A stretch of 63,182 nt of DNA, filler included, from Reclinomonas americana ATCC 50394 (lineage: Eukaryota), in assembly GCA_048213135.1 (NCBI GenBank). It is 20 parts of 20 records of this genome, joined end to end, with 100 filler letters (N's around TTAATTAATTAA, not from the genome) between each part and the next. Parts side by side here need not be neighbours in the genome. Positions count along the whole stretch, not along the records: positions 50,065 to 54,227 come from AFZH01020079.1; positions 54,328 to 56,445 come from AFZH01020080.1; positions 56,546 to 59,827 come from AFZH01020081.1; positions 59,928 to 62,039 come from AFZH01020082.1; 16 more parts are not named here. One strand, written 5' to 3'. Positions 50,476-60,599 of this stretch are shown here, one piece after another; position 1 is the first letter of the stretch; each line of letters begins with the position of its first letter. Under the pieces are notes generated by a model. The model worked only from the letters and a program-made list of their open reading frames with translations. It did no database searches and was not told the DNA's origin. Position numbers and translations under genes: made by a program.

Positions 50476-51756
50476 ATGGGCCTCAGTCTCATCGATGATA
50501 GCGGGGTGCGCCGCCCGCCATGCAGCCCGCATGCGCCGCGCGTCCTGATCTACAGCCACGACACCTTCGGTCTCGGCCATATCCGCCGCTGCCGGGCGAT
50601 CGCGAATTCGCTCGTCGCGAGCTATCCTCATATATCAGTGATCATCGTCTCGGGCTCGTCGATGATCTCCAGCTTCCAGTTCGGCGACGGCGTCGATTAT
50701 GTCCGCATTCCCGGCATCGAGAAGCAGAGCGACGGCCGCTACCTGCCGCATCATCTCAATCTCGAACTCGCCGATACGATCCGCCTGCGCACCGACCTGA
50801 TCAAGCAGACGGTGCTGTCCTTCGACCCGGACATCGTCATCGTCGACAAGGAGCCGATCGGCCTGCGCGGCGAGCTCATCCCCGCGCTCGAGATTCTGCG
50901 CCGCCGCGGCGCCCGCATCGTGCTCGGCGTGCGCGACGTGCTCGACGAGCCGGCAAAGCTGCATGAGGAATGGCGCCAGAGCGGCGCGCTCGACGCGCTC
51001 GCCACGATCTACGACGACATCTGGGTCTACGGGCTGGAGAGCATCTACCGGCCGCTCGACGGCCTGCCCAACCAGCCGCTCTTCACCGGCAAGATCCGCT
51101 ATACCGGCTATCTCAAGCGCGCCGTGCCTTCGCCGATGCCGCCGAACCGGCATCCGCGCATCACCAAGGGCCCCTTCATCCTGGTGACGCCCGGCGGCGG
51201 CGGCGACGGCGCCGGCGTGATCGACTGGGTGATCTCGGCCTATGAGGCCGATCCGACCATCGAATTGCCGGCGCTGATCGTCTTCGGCCCGTTCCTGTCG
51301 CGCGAGAAGCGCAAGGAGTTCACCGACCGCATCGCCAGGCTGCCAAAGCTCGAAAGCATCGGCTTCGAGCCGCGCCTCGAGCTCCTGATGAACCGCGCCC
51401 ACTGCGTCGTCGCCATGGGTGGCTACAATACCTTCTGTGAGATCCTCTCCTTCGATAAGCCGGCGCTGATCGTGCCGCGCGTCCGGCCGCGCCTGGAGCA
51501 GGCGATCCGGGCCGAGCGCGCCGACAGCCTGGGCCTGATCGACGTGCTGTTCGACCCGACCCAGACCGGTGCGAACACGCGCGATCCGCTGCAGATGGCC
51601 AAGGCGCTGCACGCTTTGCCCAAGCGCCAGCCGCCCTCGCAGGCCTTCCTGCCGGACCTGCTCGACGGCCTCCCGGCGATCAACCGGGCGCTTGCCGACG
51701 ATCTCTCGCTGCCGGTCCGCGGCCGGGCGCTGGCGCAGAACGTCGCCGCCGGCTGA
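50476..51756 (+). CDS. GT-B glycosyltransferase (GT28 C-terminal-like)
   Basis: YSHDTFGLGHIRR, VDKEP, TPGGGGDG, MGGYNT and EQ..RA. Confidence 0.9.
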   Translation: MGLSLIDDSGVRRPPCSPHAPRVLIYSHDTFGLGHIRRCRAIANSLVASYPHISVIIVSGSSMISSFQFGDGVDYVRIPGIEKQSDGRYLPHHLNLELADTIRLRTDLIKQTVLSFDPDIVIVDKEPIGLRGELIPALEILRRRGARIVLGVRDVLDEPAKLHEEWRQSGALDALATIYDDIWVYGLESIYRPLDGLPNQPLFTGKIRYTGYLKRAVPSPMPPNRHPRITKGPFILVTPGGGGDGAGVIDWVISAYEADPTIELPALIVFGPFLSREKRKEFTDRIARLPKLESIGFEPRLELLMNRAHCVVAMGGYNTFCEILSFDKPALIVPRVRPRLEQAIRAERADSLGLIDVLFDPTQTGANTRDPLQMAKALHALPKRQPPSQAFLPDLLDGLPAINRALADDLSLPVRGRALAQNVAAG

Positions 51757-51854
51757 TCGCATGAGGAGATTTTAGCGAACCATTGCGCGCATGGCGCGAT
51801 AGACAGGACCGGCGAAGCTCGTAATATATCACGAGCCCGTTGGGAGACGCCGCC

Positions 51855-53090
51855 ATGACGCAGGTCCTGTTCCGCAATTTTGCGATGCTGGAGCCCGATC
51901 ACGGTGAGCTGCGCAAGGGCTACGAGCTGCTCGTCGAAGGCGAGCTGATCCGCGAGGTCTCCGACAAGCCGATCAAGGCCGACAAGGCCGCCGTGATCGA
52001 TTGCGGAGGGCGAACGCTGATGCCCGGTCTGATCGACAGCCATGTCCATGTCATGCTGTCGGAAGTCTCGATTCCGCTGCTGGAAAAAGTGCCGCTGACG
52101 CTGGCGACCGCCCGTGCCGCCCGGCTGATGAAGGGCATGATCGACCGCGGCTTCACCTCGGTGCGCGATACCGGCGGTGCCGACTGGGGCATCAAGGAAG
52201 CCGTCGAAAAGGGCGACGTCCCTGGCCCGCGCCTGTTCATCGCCGGAGCCGCGATCGGCCCGACCGGTGGCCATAGCGACCCGCGCCGGCGTACCGATTT
52301 CGGCGCCCGCTGCCATTGCTGCAACGCCATGGCCTATACGATGAACATCTCGGACGGCGTCTCCTCCGTCATCAAGTCGACGCGCGAGCAGATGCGGCTC
52401 GGCGCCGACCACATCAAGATCATGATGTCGGGCGGCGTCGCCTCGCCCTACGACCCGCTCGACTCCATGCAGTTCACCGTCGAGGAGGTCACCGCCGCCG
52501 TCACCGAGGCCAAGGCCTTCGGCCGCTATGTCTGCGCCCATGCCTATACGCCGGAAGCGATCACCCGCGCCGCGCAATGCGGCGTGCGCGCCATCGAGCA
52601 CGGCAACCTGATCGACGAGGCCTCGGCCAAACTGATGGCTGAGAACAACATGTTCCTGACCGCCAACCTCGTCGCCTACTATGCGATGCGCGAGCGCGCC
52701 GCCGAGTTCGGCATGAATGCCGAGATGCTCGCCAAGAACGACCTCGTCATCGACGGTGGCCTGAAATCCCTCGAGATCTGCAAGCGCGCCGGCGTCCCGG
52801 TCGCCTATGGCTCGGACCTGCTCGGCCAGCTCCAGGTCGACCAGTCGCGCGAATTCCTGCTGCGCCGCGAGGTGCTCTCGCCCCTTGAGATCATCCGCTC
52901 GGCGACCACGATCGGCGCGCAATTGCTGCGCATGGAAGGCAAGCTCGGCACGCTGCATGCAGGGGCCTACGCGGATATCATCCTCGTCGACGGCGATCCG
53001 CTGAAGAACCTGGAGCTGTTCCAGGACCAGGGCGCGAAGCTGCCGGTGATCATGAAGGGTGGCGCGTTCCACAAGAATACGCTGCATTGA
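51855..53090 (+). CDS. Metal-dependent amidohydrolase (Xaa-Pro dipeptidase-like)
   Basis: PGLIDSHVH, GFTSVRD.GG, IKIM.SGG, AHA, IEHG and GSD. Confidence 0.9.
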   Translation: MTQVLFRNFAMLEPDHGELRKGYELLVEGELIREVSDKPIKADKAAVIDCGGRTLMPGLIDSHVHVMLSEVSIPLLEKVPLTLATARAARLMKGMIDRGFTSVRDTGGADWGIKEAVEKGDVPGPRLFIAGAAIGPTGGHSDPRRRTDFGARCHCCNAMAYTMNISDGVSSVIKSTREQMRLGADHIKIMMSGGVASPYDPLDSMQFTVEEVTAAVTEAKAFGRYVCAHAYTPEAITRAAQCGVRAIEHGNLIDEASAKLMAENNMFLTANLVAYYAMRERAAEFGMNAEMLAKNDLVIDGGLKSLEICKRAGVPVAYGSDLLGQLQVDQSREFLLRREVLSPLEIIRSATTIGAQLLRMEGKLGTLHAGAYADIILVDGDPLKNLELFQDQGAKLPVIMKGGAFHKNTLH

Positions 53091-53138
53091 GAACGGACGC
53101 ATTGAGAGCAGGGACATGGCGATGACGAGGGCCGCAAT

Positions 53139-53954
53139 TTGAGCGCCGCACGCTTGAGCCTGGGACGTATCGTGCTGAACGGCGCCGCAACGCTCTCGCT
53201 CGGCTTCATTCTGCTGCCGCTGTTCTTCGTCTTCTGGCTCGCCTTCTTCCGCCAGGAAATCCCGTCCTTCCCGCCGGAAGGCTATTCGCTCAAATGGTTC
53301 CAGGCGGCCGCGAACAACAAGCCCTTCGTCGACGGCTTCATCCTCAGCCTGCAGGTCGGCGTATCGGCGACCTTGATCGGCCTCGTGCTCGGCGTCCCCG
53401 CCAGCCTCGCTTTGATGCGCCACCGCATCGCGCTCGGCCCCGCGATCAACACATTGCTGCTGCTGCCGCTGGTGATGCCCGGCATCGTGCTCGGCACCTC
53501 GCTCTATGTCTTCCAGATCGAGACCGAGATCGCCACCGGCCTGCCGGTGATGGGTTCGCTAGGCGGCCTCGTCGCCGCCCATAGCCTCGTCGTCATCCCC
53601 TGGGTGGTGAAGCTCGTCACTGCCAGCCTCGCCGGCTTCGACCGCACCATCGAGGAGGCCGCGCAGAATCTCGGTGCCGGCCCCTGGACCACCTTCCGGC
53701 GCGTCACCCTGCCGAGCATCAGGCCCGGCCTCGTCGCCGGCTCGCTGTTCGGCTTCGTCACCTCGTTCGGCAATCTCGAGATGAGCCTGTTCCTGGTCGG
53801 CCCCGGCCGCACCACGCTGCCGATCGCGATCCTGCAATACCTCGAATGGAAGATCGACCCGACGGTGGCAGCCGCCTCGGTCATCCAGATCGTCCTGATC
53901 GGAGCGGCGATGATCGTCACCGACCGTTACGTCAAGCTGAGCCGGGTGGTCTGA
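53139..53954 (+). CDS. ABC permease (PotC-like)
   Basis: EEAAQNLGA loop; multiple TM segments. Confidence 0.9.
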   Translation: MSAARLSLGRIVLNGAATLSLGFILLPLFFVFWLAFFRQEIPSFPPEGYSLKWFQAAANNKPFVDGFILSLQVGVSATLIGLVLGVPASLALMRHRIALGPAINTLLLLPLVMPGIVLGTSLYVFQIETEIATGLPVMGSLGGLVAAHSLVVIPWVVKLVTASLAGFDRTIEEAAQNLGAGPWTTFRRVTLPSIRPGLVAGSLFGFVTSFGNLEMSLFLVGPGRTTLPIAILQYLEWKIDPTVAAASVIQIVLIGAAMIVTDRYVKLSRVV

Positions 53955-54227
53955 TGGCCAGATTGTCGATCGAGCATCTGCGCAAGGTCTATGGCGAGTT
54001 CACCGCCGTCGACGATTGCAGCATCGACATCGCCGAGGGCGAGTTCCTCGTCCTGCTCGGCCCCTCCGGCTGCGGCAAGACCACGACCCTGCGGATGGTC
54101 GCCGGCTTCATCCAGCCGACGGCCGGCAAGATCACCATCGGCGAGCGCGACGTCACCAACCTGCCGCCGTGGAAGCGCAATTGCGGCCTGGTCTTCCAGT
54201 CCTATGCGCTCTTCCCGCACATGACCG
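53954..54227 (+). CDS. ABC ATP-binding protein (PotA-like), truncated
   Basis: GPSGCGKTT and VFQSYALFPHMT. Confidence 0.9.
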
Positions 54228-54327
54228 NNNNNNNNNNNNNNNNNNNNNNNNNNNNNNNNNNNNNNNNNNNNTTAATTAATTAANNNNNNNNNNNNNNNNN
54301 NNNNNNNNNNNNNNNNNNNNNNNNNNN

Positions 54328-55187
54328 TGCTGCAGGACCAGGCCGGCGACGCCCCGCGGCGCGCCAAGATGGTCGCCGAGCGCCGCCTGCCGCGCGGCAC
54401 GGTCGACATCCAGGGCTTCTCGGCCGCTAACATGTTCGAGATGAACGAGGCTGGCGCGACGGAGACCCTTGACTACGCGAAGATCCCGAACGCCAAGAAC
54501 CTCCTGCCGACGATGAAGTATCCGTACGGCATCGGGCACATCTATTCCGGCAACGTCGTCATCTATAACCCGAAGCTGATCAGCCCGGCCCCGACCGGCT
54601 TCAAGGACTGGCTCGATCCGAAATGGGGCAACAAGATCGGCTTCATCGACATCCAGTACCAGGCGATCATGATCGCGGCCTCGATGGCCGCCACCGGTGG
54701 CGCCAGCATGAACGACATGGACAAGGCCAAGGAAGTCCTGCTCGCGGTCAAGAAGGCCGGCGCACGCGTCTACCCGACCAACGAGGCCTTCGCCCAGGCA
54801 ATGAAGAACGAGGAAGTCGGCATCAGCGCGATCTGGAAGGCGCGCGTGGTGCAATGGCAGAACGCCGGTATCCCCTGCGAGGCCGTGTCGCCGGTCGAGG
54901 GCATCCCGGCCTATGTCTCGGGCTTCGTCATCGCCAAGAACGCGCCGAACAAGGACAATGCCTACGCCTATATGAACGCCATGCTGGCCAAGGAACCGCA
55001 GGAGGCCTTCGCCGTCGACATGGGCTATAACGGCACGGTCTCCGGCCTCTCCGTCGCGCCCGACCTGCAGAAGCGCATCGGCTTCACCCCCGAGGAGGAG
55101 AAGCGCATCAAGGATCTCGACTACGCCTTCCTGGCCAAGAACGACGCGGGCATGAAAGAGTGGTGGGACAAGGTGTTCAAGGGGTGA
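54328..55187 (+). CDS. ABC substrate-binding protein (PotD-like), 5'-partial
   Basis: LDYAKIPN, KNAPNKDNAYAYMN; operon context. Confidence 0.85.
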
Positions 55188-56053
55188 GCGCAGCGCCCGA
55201 ACCAGTCGCCGGTGCCCGCACCAGCCTTGCCGGGATGCTCGTCGTCCCGGCAACGCTCTTCGTCGCGATCGGGCTGATCGGCCCGATCGCGATCCTGTTC
55301 CGCTATTCGCTCAACCAGTTCATTCCCGGCCAGTTCATGGTCGACGGGCTGACGATCGAGAACTACGTCAAGTTCTTCACCGACGCCTTCTATCTCAACG
55401 TGCTCTGGCGCACGGTTCGCGTCGCAGTGATCTGCACGATCGTCTGCCTGATCATGGGCTTCCCGCTCGCCTACGTGCTGGCGCGCACGCAGAGCCGCTT
55501 CAAGAACCTGCTGATCATGCTGGTGGTGCTGCCGCTCTTCGTCGGCAACGCCGTGCGCGCGGCCGGCTGGATGACCGCCTTCGGCAGCAAGGGCGCGCTC
55601 AACGCCTCGCTGATGGGACTAGGGGTCATCGACCAGCCGCTCGAGATCATGTTCACCGAGACCGCCGTGATCATCGGCATCATCGCGGTCAACCTGCCCT
55701 TCATGGTGCTGACGCTGCAGAGCGTGATCGAGGGCATAAACCGCAATGTCGAGGAAGCCGCCTTCAGCCTGGGCGCGGGGCCGGCGGCGATGTTTCGCCG
55801 CGTGCTCTGGCCGCTCGCCATGCCCGGCATCCTCGCCGGCACGATCCTCACCTTCATCCTGGCGATGAACGCCTATGCCACGCCCGTCCTGCTCGGCGGC
55901 CCGAAATTCCAGACCATGGGCCCGCTCGTCTATGGCCAGTTCGCCCAGCAGAACAACTGGCCCTTCGGCGGGGCCATCTCCTTCATCCTGATGACGGCGA
56001 CGCTGCTGCTCACCATCGCCGCCAACCTGATCGTACAGCGGCGCTATCGCTGA
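55184..56053 (+). CDS. ABC permease (PotB-like)
   Basis: GFPLAY, EEAAFSLGA, TPVLLGG and NWPFG. Confidence 0.9.
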   Translation: MSAAPEPVAGARTSLAGMLVVPATLFVAIGLIGPIAILFRYSLNQFIPGQFMVDGLTIENYVKFFTDAFYLNVLWRTVRVAVICTIVCLIMGFPLAYVLARTQSRFKNLLIMLVVLPLFVGNAVRAAGWMTAFGSKGALNASLMGLGVIDQPLEIMFTETAVIIGIIAVNLPFMVLTLQSVIEGINRNVEEAAFSLGAGPAAMFRRVLWPLAMPGILAGTILTFILAMNAYATPVLLGGPKFQTMGPLVYGQFAQQNNWPFGGAISFILMTATLLLTIAANLIVQRRYR

Positions 56054-56136
56054 CCCCTGAACGTTCTCCACGGCTGTGGCGCTTCGCCGCCGCGGCCGCG
56101 CTGGTCAAGCGTTCCTGCGAGGATTAAAGCACGGCG

Positions 56137-56325
56137 ATGAACGTCTCCTCCGCCCTCGTCCCGATCGCCGTCGGCGCCGTTGCCGTGGTGCTGCTGCTCG
56201 GCCTGGTCAACATGCTGCGCGGCGGCAGCGCCAACACCTCGCAAAGGCTGATGCGGTTGCGGGTGGTGCTGCAATTCGTCGCGATCCTGGTGATCCTCGG
56301 CGTGCTCTGGTGGCGGTCCGGCTGA
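56137..56325 (+). CDS. Twin-transmembrane-helix small protein (HIG1-like)
   Basis: GLVNM..SQRLMRLRVVLQ. Confidence 0.8.
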   Translation: MNVSSALVPIAVGAVAVVLLLGLVNMLRGGSANTSQRLMRLRVVLQFVAILVILGVLWWRSG

Positions 56326-56605
56326 TAACTCAGCGGTGCGAACAGGCTGCATCGTCACATTGCGGCCACCTCTCTCTGCGCTTTACCAATCTTTAAAATC
56401 TCGCCGAAAGCCCAAGTCGCCCATCATGGTTCGCGTCGCGTCGCTNNNNNNNNNNNNNNNNNNNNNNNNNNNNNNNNNNNNNNNNNNNNTTAATTAATTA
56501 ANNNNNNNNNNNNNNNNNNNNNNNNNNNNNNNNNNNNNNNNNNNNACCTCTCTCTGCGCTTTTACCAATCTTTTAAAATCTCGCCGAAAGCCCAAGTCGC
56601 CCATC

Positions 56606-57211
56606 ATGGTTCGTGTCGCGTCGCTGTTCGCTATCCTCACGCTCCTGTCCGCGCCCGCGCTGGCACAGACCGACCGTGGCGGCACCCGCGCTCTCGGCTA
56701 TGCTCCCGCCACGGAAGCGCCCACCCCAGCCTGGGAGGCGCGGGTCGGCCTCGGCGCCGCCAATCCTGGCGGCCGCGAGAGCGGTCTTCTGAACTTCGGC
56801 GGCGAGCTCCTGACGCCGCGCATCGCCACGCTGAACGACCGCTTCGCCGACGCCTTCGTGCCGCGCTTCCATCTCGGCTCCAGCCTCAACGTCAACGGCA
56901 CGCAATACGCCTATGCCGGCGCGACCTGGACCTTCGACGTCTCGCAATCGGTCTTCCTGGAGGCGAGCCTCGGCGCCGCCGTCAACAATGGCAAGACCGG
57001 CTTCGCCGTTCCCGAGAACCGCCTGAATCTCGGCTGCAATGCCGGCGCGCGCGGCGCCGCCGCCCTCGGCTTCCGTCTCAGCGACCGCTGGAGCCTGATC
57101 GCCACGCTGGAGCATTTCAGCACCACCGGCTGCTCCGACAATCCGCTCGCCAATGCCGGCAATCCGCGCGGCCCCTCGAATTTCGGCGCCCGCCTCGGCT
57201 ATACCTTCTAG
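56606..57211 (+). CDS. Outer-membrane beta-barrel, PagL/acyloxyacyl hydrolase-like
   Basis: Signal peptide, YAYAGATW, EHFS..G..N.G.SNFG.RLGYTF with terminal Phe. Confidence 0.7.
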   Translation: MVRVASLFAILTLLSAPALAQTDRGGTRALGYAPATEAPTPAWEARVGLGAANPGGRESGLLNFGGELLTPRIATLNDRFADAFVPRFHLGSSLNVNGTQYAYAGATWTFDVSQSVFLEASLGAAVNNGKTGFAVPENRLNLGCNAGARGAAALGFRLSDRWSLIATLEHFSTTGCSDNPLANAGNPRGPSNFGARLGYTF

Positions 57212-57285
57212 AAGCAGTTCCAGCGGAAGGGTGCAGCGGTTCTGCGTCCGCAACTGCGTAACAATGAACGACCGGCCGCTCAGAG
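57208..57285. repeat. Possible rhizobial intergenic palindromic element
   Basis: CTAGAAGCAGTT..AACTGC dyad; resembles recalled rhizobial intergenic repeats; single copy here. Confidence 0.3.
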
Positions 57286-57311
57286 CCGGCTTCTGACGGG
57301 GAGGCGGCATC

Positions 57312-57944
57312 ATGAAGCTGCATGGATATTTTCGCAGTTCGGCCGCCTGGCGCGTGCGGATCGCGCTCAATCTCAAAGGCGTCGACGTCGAGCACGTCTC
57401 ACACCATCTGCGCCATGGCGAGCAGCGCGACCCCGCTTATCTTGCGCTCAACCCGCAGGGGCTGGTTCCGACGCTGGAGCTCGACGACGGCACGGTTCTG
57501 ACCCAGTCGCTCGCCATCATCGAATGGCTCGACGAAACCTATTCGGAACCGGCGCTGCTGCCGAATGACGCGCTGGAGCGGGCCAAGGTCCGCGCCTTCG
57601 CTCAGGCGATCGCTTGCGACACCCACCCGGTGCAGAATCTCAAGGTGCTGAACCGGCTGCGCGCGCTCGGTCATGATGGGGATGTCGCACTGGCCTGGGC
57701 CGCCAACGTCAATGTCGATGGTCTCTCCGCTTGCGAGCAACTCGCGACGAACAGTCCAGGCCCGTTCTGCTTCGGCGCGAAGCCCAGCCTCGCCGACATC
57801 TGCCTGATGCCGCAGCTCGGTAATGCCCGGCGCTTCAAGGTCGATGTCGTCCAATTCCCGCGCCTGCTGCGGGCGGAGGCGGCGGCGATGGAGCTTGCCG
57901 CCTTCCGCGATGCGACGCCCGACCGTCAGGCCGACGCAGAATAA
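57312..57944 (+). CDS. maiA: Maleylacetoacetate isomerase (zeta-class GST)
   Basis: YFRSSAAWRVRIALNLKG, NPQGLVP and QSLAIIEWL. Confidence 0.92.
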   Translation: MKLHGYFRSSAAWRVRIALNLKGVDVEHVSHHLRHGEQRDPAYLALNPQGLVPTLELDDGTVLTQSLAIIEWLDETYSEPALLPNDALERAKVRAFAQAIACDTHPVQNLKVLNRLRALGHDGDVALAWAANVNVDGLSACEQLATNSPGPFCFGAKPSLADICLMPQLGNARRFKVDVVQFPRLLRAEAAAMELAAFRDATPDRQADAE

Positions 57945-57948
57945 AGCG

Positions 57949-58194
57949 TCACCAGCGCCGATAGGGCCACGGCCCCCAATACGGACCATAGAAGCCGGAC
58001 GCCTCCAACCTGGCCCGGCGCGAGGCCGAGCGGTCGAGATCGACCTCCATCAGGCAATTGGCGAAGCCTTCCGCTCCCGGCTTGAACCCGTAGGAGCGGC
58101 AGCGCGCTTCATCGGCGTTGCGCTGCTCGGCCGCGGTCATGCAGCCGCCGAGCGCGGCTGCCAGCCCCAATGCGATGAGCCATGTCGCACGCAT
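57949..58194 (-). CDS. Small lipoprotein
   Basis: Lipobox LGGC; C.SYGF..G..FANC motif. Confidence 0.7.
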   Translation of the reverse strand: MRATWLIALGLAAALGGCMTAAEQRNADEARCRSYGFKPGAEGFANCLMEVDLDRSASRRARLEASGFYGPYWGPWPYRRW

Positions 58195-58293
58195 CGTCAG
58201 ATCCTCCAGGCCGTGCGGGATTCGCGGGGATCATGCCATGAAAGCAGCGCTTTGACGCTAGTTTTCTGCTGTTTGGGAGGCTTTTTTGCTTTT

Positions 58294-59169
58294 CTAGAGC
58301 GAGGAGGCGAGCCGCCCTGCCTCCGCCAGCACGGCTTCGCGCTCGGGGAAAGCTGCAGACGATTCCGCATAATAGGCCGTGACAACCAGCGGTGCTCGGC
58401 CGGGCGGCCAGATCACCCCGATGTCATTGGTCACATTGTTGTTGCCGGTTCCGGTCTTCTCGCCGATGCGCCAACCCTTCGGCACGCCGGCACGCAGGCG
58501 CTTGTCGCCGGTCTTGTTGGCGACCAGCCAGGTCGTCAATTGCTGGCGCAAGGCCGGTGACAATGCGCCTCCGAGCACAATCTGGCGCAGCACGCCGGCC
58601 ATGGCGACGGGCGTCGTCGTATCGCGCGGATCGCCGGTCCTGGCCTCGTTGAGATCCGGCTCGCGCCGGTCGAGCCGCGAAGCCTCGTCGCCGAGCGAGC
58701 GCATATAGGCCGTCAGTCCCTTCGGGCCACCGATCGAATCCAGCAAGAGATTGCCGGCGGTGTTGTCGCTCAGTGTCACCGCCGCATCGCAGAGCTCGGC
58801 CATGGTCAAGCCCTTCTCGACATGCTTCTCGGTCACCGGCGAATAGGTGATGAGATCGGCCTTGCTGTAGCGCACGCTGCGTTCGAGTTCCTCTTCGCCA
58901 CGGTCGACCCGCGCCAGCACGCAGGCCGCAGCCACCAGCTTGAACGTGCTGCACATGGCGAAGCGCTCCTCGCCGCGATGAGCGACGATGCGGCCATTGC
59001 CGCTGTCGAGGATGGCGACGCCGAGCCGCCCGCCATGCTTGCGGTCGAGCGCGAACAGCGCCTCGCGTACCTTGTCTTCCTCCCAGCGTTCTTGCGCTGA
59101 AGCGGCCAGGCCGCCCAGCATGGGTGCGGCCATCAGGGAGCCAATCAGCAGCTCTCGGCGTCGGATCAT
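58294..59169 (-). CDS. bla: Class A beta-lactamase with a Tat-like signal
   Basis: STFK, SDN, DRREPDLN (E166), DTTTP and KTG; N-terminal RRELL. Confidence 0.95.
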   Translation of the reverse strand: MIRRRELLIGSLMAAPMLGGLAASAQERWEEDKVREALFALDRKHGGRLGVAILDSGNGRIVAHRGEERFAMCSTFKLVAAACVLARVDRGEEELERSVRYSKADLITYSPVTEKHVEKGLTMAELCDAAVTLSDNTAGNLLLDSIGGPKGLTAYMRSLGDEASRLDRREPDLNEARTGDPRDTTTPVAMAGVLRQIVLGGALSPALRQQLTTWLVANKTGDKRLRAGVPKGWRIGEKTGTGNNNVTNDIGVIWPPGRAPLVVTAYYAESSAAFPEREAVLAEAGRLASSL

Positions 59170-59334
59170 CAGTTGTCTCCATGCACGAGCCATCGCGCAC
59201 GAGCGGCATGCCGGCGCGGGAGGCTAAAAATCGGTTCTGGTGAGGACGCTGCGTTCCACGCAGCGGGGCAGTGCCCGCCACCGTTCTCGCCGCGGACTTG
59301 CCCAATCACAAACGATGATATCTCTACAGAGTCA

Positions 59335-59347
59335 TTAGATTTTCTAA
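59335..59347. promoter_or_regulatory. LysR T-N11-A operator
   Basis: Dyad TTAG-ATTTT-CTAA between divergent bla and the ampR-like gene. Confidence 0.65.
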
Positions 59348-59356
59348 GGCTTAAGC

Positions 59357-59827
59357 ATGCTCCGCCCGCATCTGCCGCTGAACGCCCTGCGCGCCTTCGA
59401 AGCCTCGGCCCGCCATCTCAGCTTCACCAAGGCTGCGATCGAGCTCTGCGTCACCCAGGCCGCGATCAGCCACCAGGTGAAGGGGCTGGAGGAGCGGCTC
59501 GGGGTCGAGCTCTTCCGCCGCCTGCCGCGCGGCCTGGCCCTGACCGATGAAGGCCGCAGCCTGCTGCCGACCCTGCGCGACAGCTTCGACCGCATCGCCG
59601 GCCTGCTAGAGCGCTTCGAGACCGGGCGTCCTGTCGAGGTGCTGAATGTCGGCGCGGTCGGCACCTTCGCTCTCGGCTGGCTGCTGCCGCGCCTTGCCGG
59701 CTTCCGCCAGGCTCATCCGCAGATCGACTTGCGCCTCACCACCAACAACAACCGGGTCGATCTCGCAGCCGAAGGGCTGGACTATGCCCTGCGCTTCGGC
59801 GGCGGCGCCTGGCACGGAACAGCGGCG
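59357..59827 (+). CDS. ampR: AmpR/PenR-like LysR regulator, truncated
   Basis: HLPLNALRAFEASARHLSFTKAAIELCVTQAAISHQVK, VGAVGTF, TNNNRVD..EGLD. Confidence 0.9.
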
Positions 59828-59927
59828 NNNNNNNNNNNNNNNNNNNNNNNNNNNNNNNNNNNNNNNNNNNNTTAATTAATTAANNNNNNNNNNNNNNNNN
59901 NNNNNNNNNNNNNNNNNNNNNNNNNNN

Positions 59928-60449
59928 GGCACCTCGGTGCGCCAGGGCGCGCTCTCGGTCACCCAGCTCGAGATCATGCCGCAGCCGCCGGAGAAGGAGA
60001 ACAAGCAGCTGACCTGGCCGAACTGGCCGCTGAAGCTGCGGACCTCCTCCAGCCATGAGGAAGGCGCCGAGCGCGACTTCGCCGTCGGCACCGTCAAGTT
60101 CACCGGCGAGAACGGCAAGGTGAAGACGCTGCACTGCGCCAGGGTCGATGCCCAGTTCAAGCCGATCGAGGGCAGCGAGTTCCAGCTCAAGGCCGATCTC
60201 GTCCTGCTCGCCATGGGCTTCGTCTCGCCGGTGCATGACGGGCTTCTCGCCAAGCTCGGCGTCAAGCTCGACGGGCGCGGCAATGTCGAGGCCAACATGC
60301 TGGCCTACAAGACCTCGGTCGAGAAGGTCTTCGCCGCCGGCGACATGCGCCGCGGCCAGTCGCTGGTGGTCTGGGCGATCCGCGAGGGCCGCCAGATGGC
60401 GCACGCGATCGACAAGCACCTGATGGGCGAGACCATCCTGCCGCGCTGA
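59928..60449 (+). CDS. gltD: Glutamate synthase small subunit, C-terminal part
   Basis: [15 protein letters not shown] and [21 protein letters not shown]. Confidence 0.95.
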   Translation, partial: GTSVRQGALSVTQLEIMPQPPEKENKQLTWPNWPLKLRTSSSHEEGAERDFAVGTVKFTGENGKVKTLHCARVDAQFKPIEGSEFQLKADLVLLAMGFVSPVHDGLLAKLGVKLDGRGNVEANMLAYKTSVEKVFAAGDMRRGQSLVVWAIREGRQMAHAIDKHLMGETILPR

Positions 60450-60479
60450 GCGGCAGGAATTTCCTCAGAGAACCTCGAC

Positions 60480-60576
60480 GTCGTGCTCGCCCTTGTGGCG
60501 AGCATCCACGTCTTGAACTGAACTCAGGTCTCGACCAGCAAAGACGGAGATGGTCGGGACAAGCCCGACCATGACG
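60480..60576. repeat. Alphaproteobacterial REP-like double-hairpin element
   Basis: TGCTCGCC-CTTGT-GGCGAGCA and ATGGTCGGG-ACAAG-CCCGACCAT in inverted arrangement between convergent genes. Confidence 0.75.
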
Positions 60577-60599
60577 GCAGAGGCAGCGACTGCAGCCGC

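Noticed and set aside
47188..53423. Long antisense ORFs (47188-48813, 50635-51762, 51423-53423)
   Set aside because: Shadow ORFs of high-GC genes that have clear motifs on the opposite strand.
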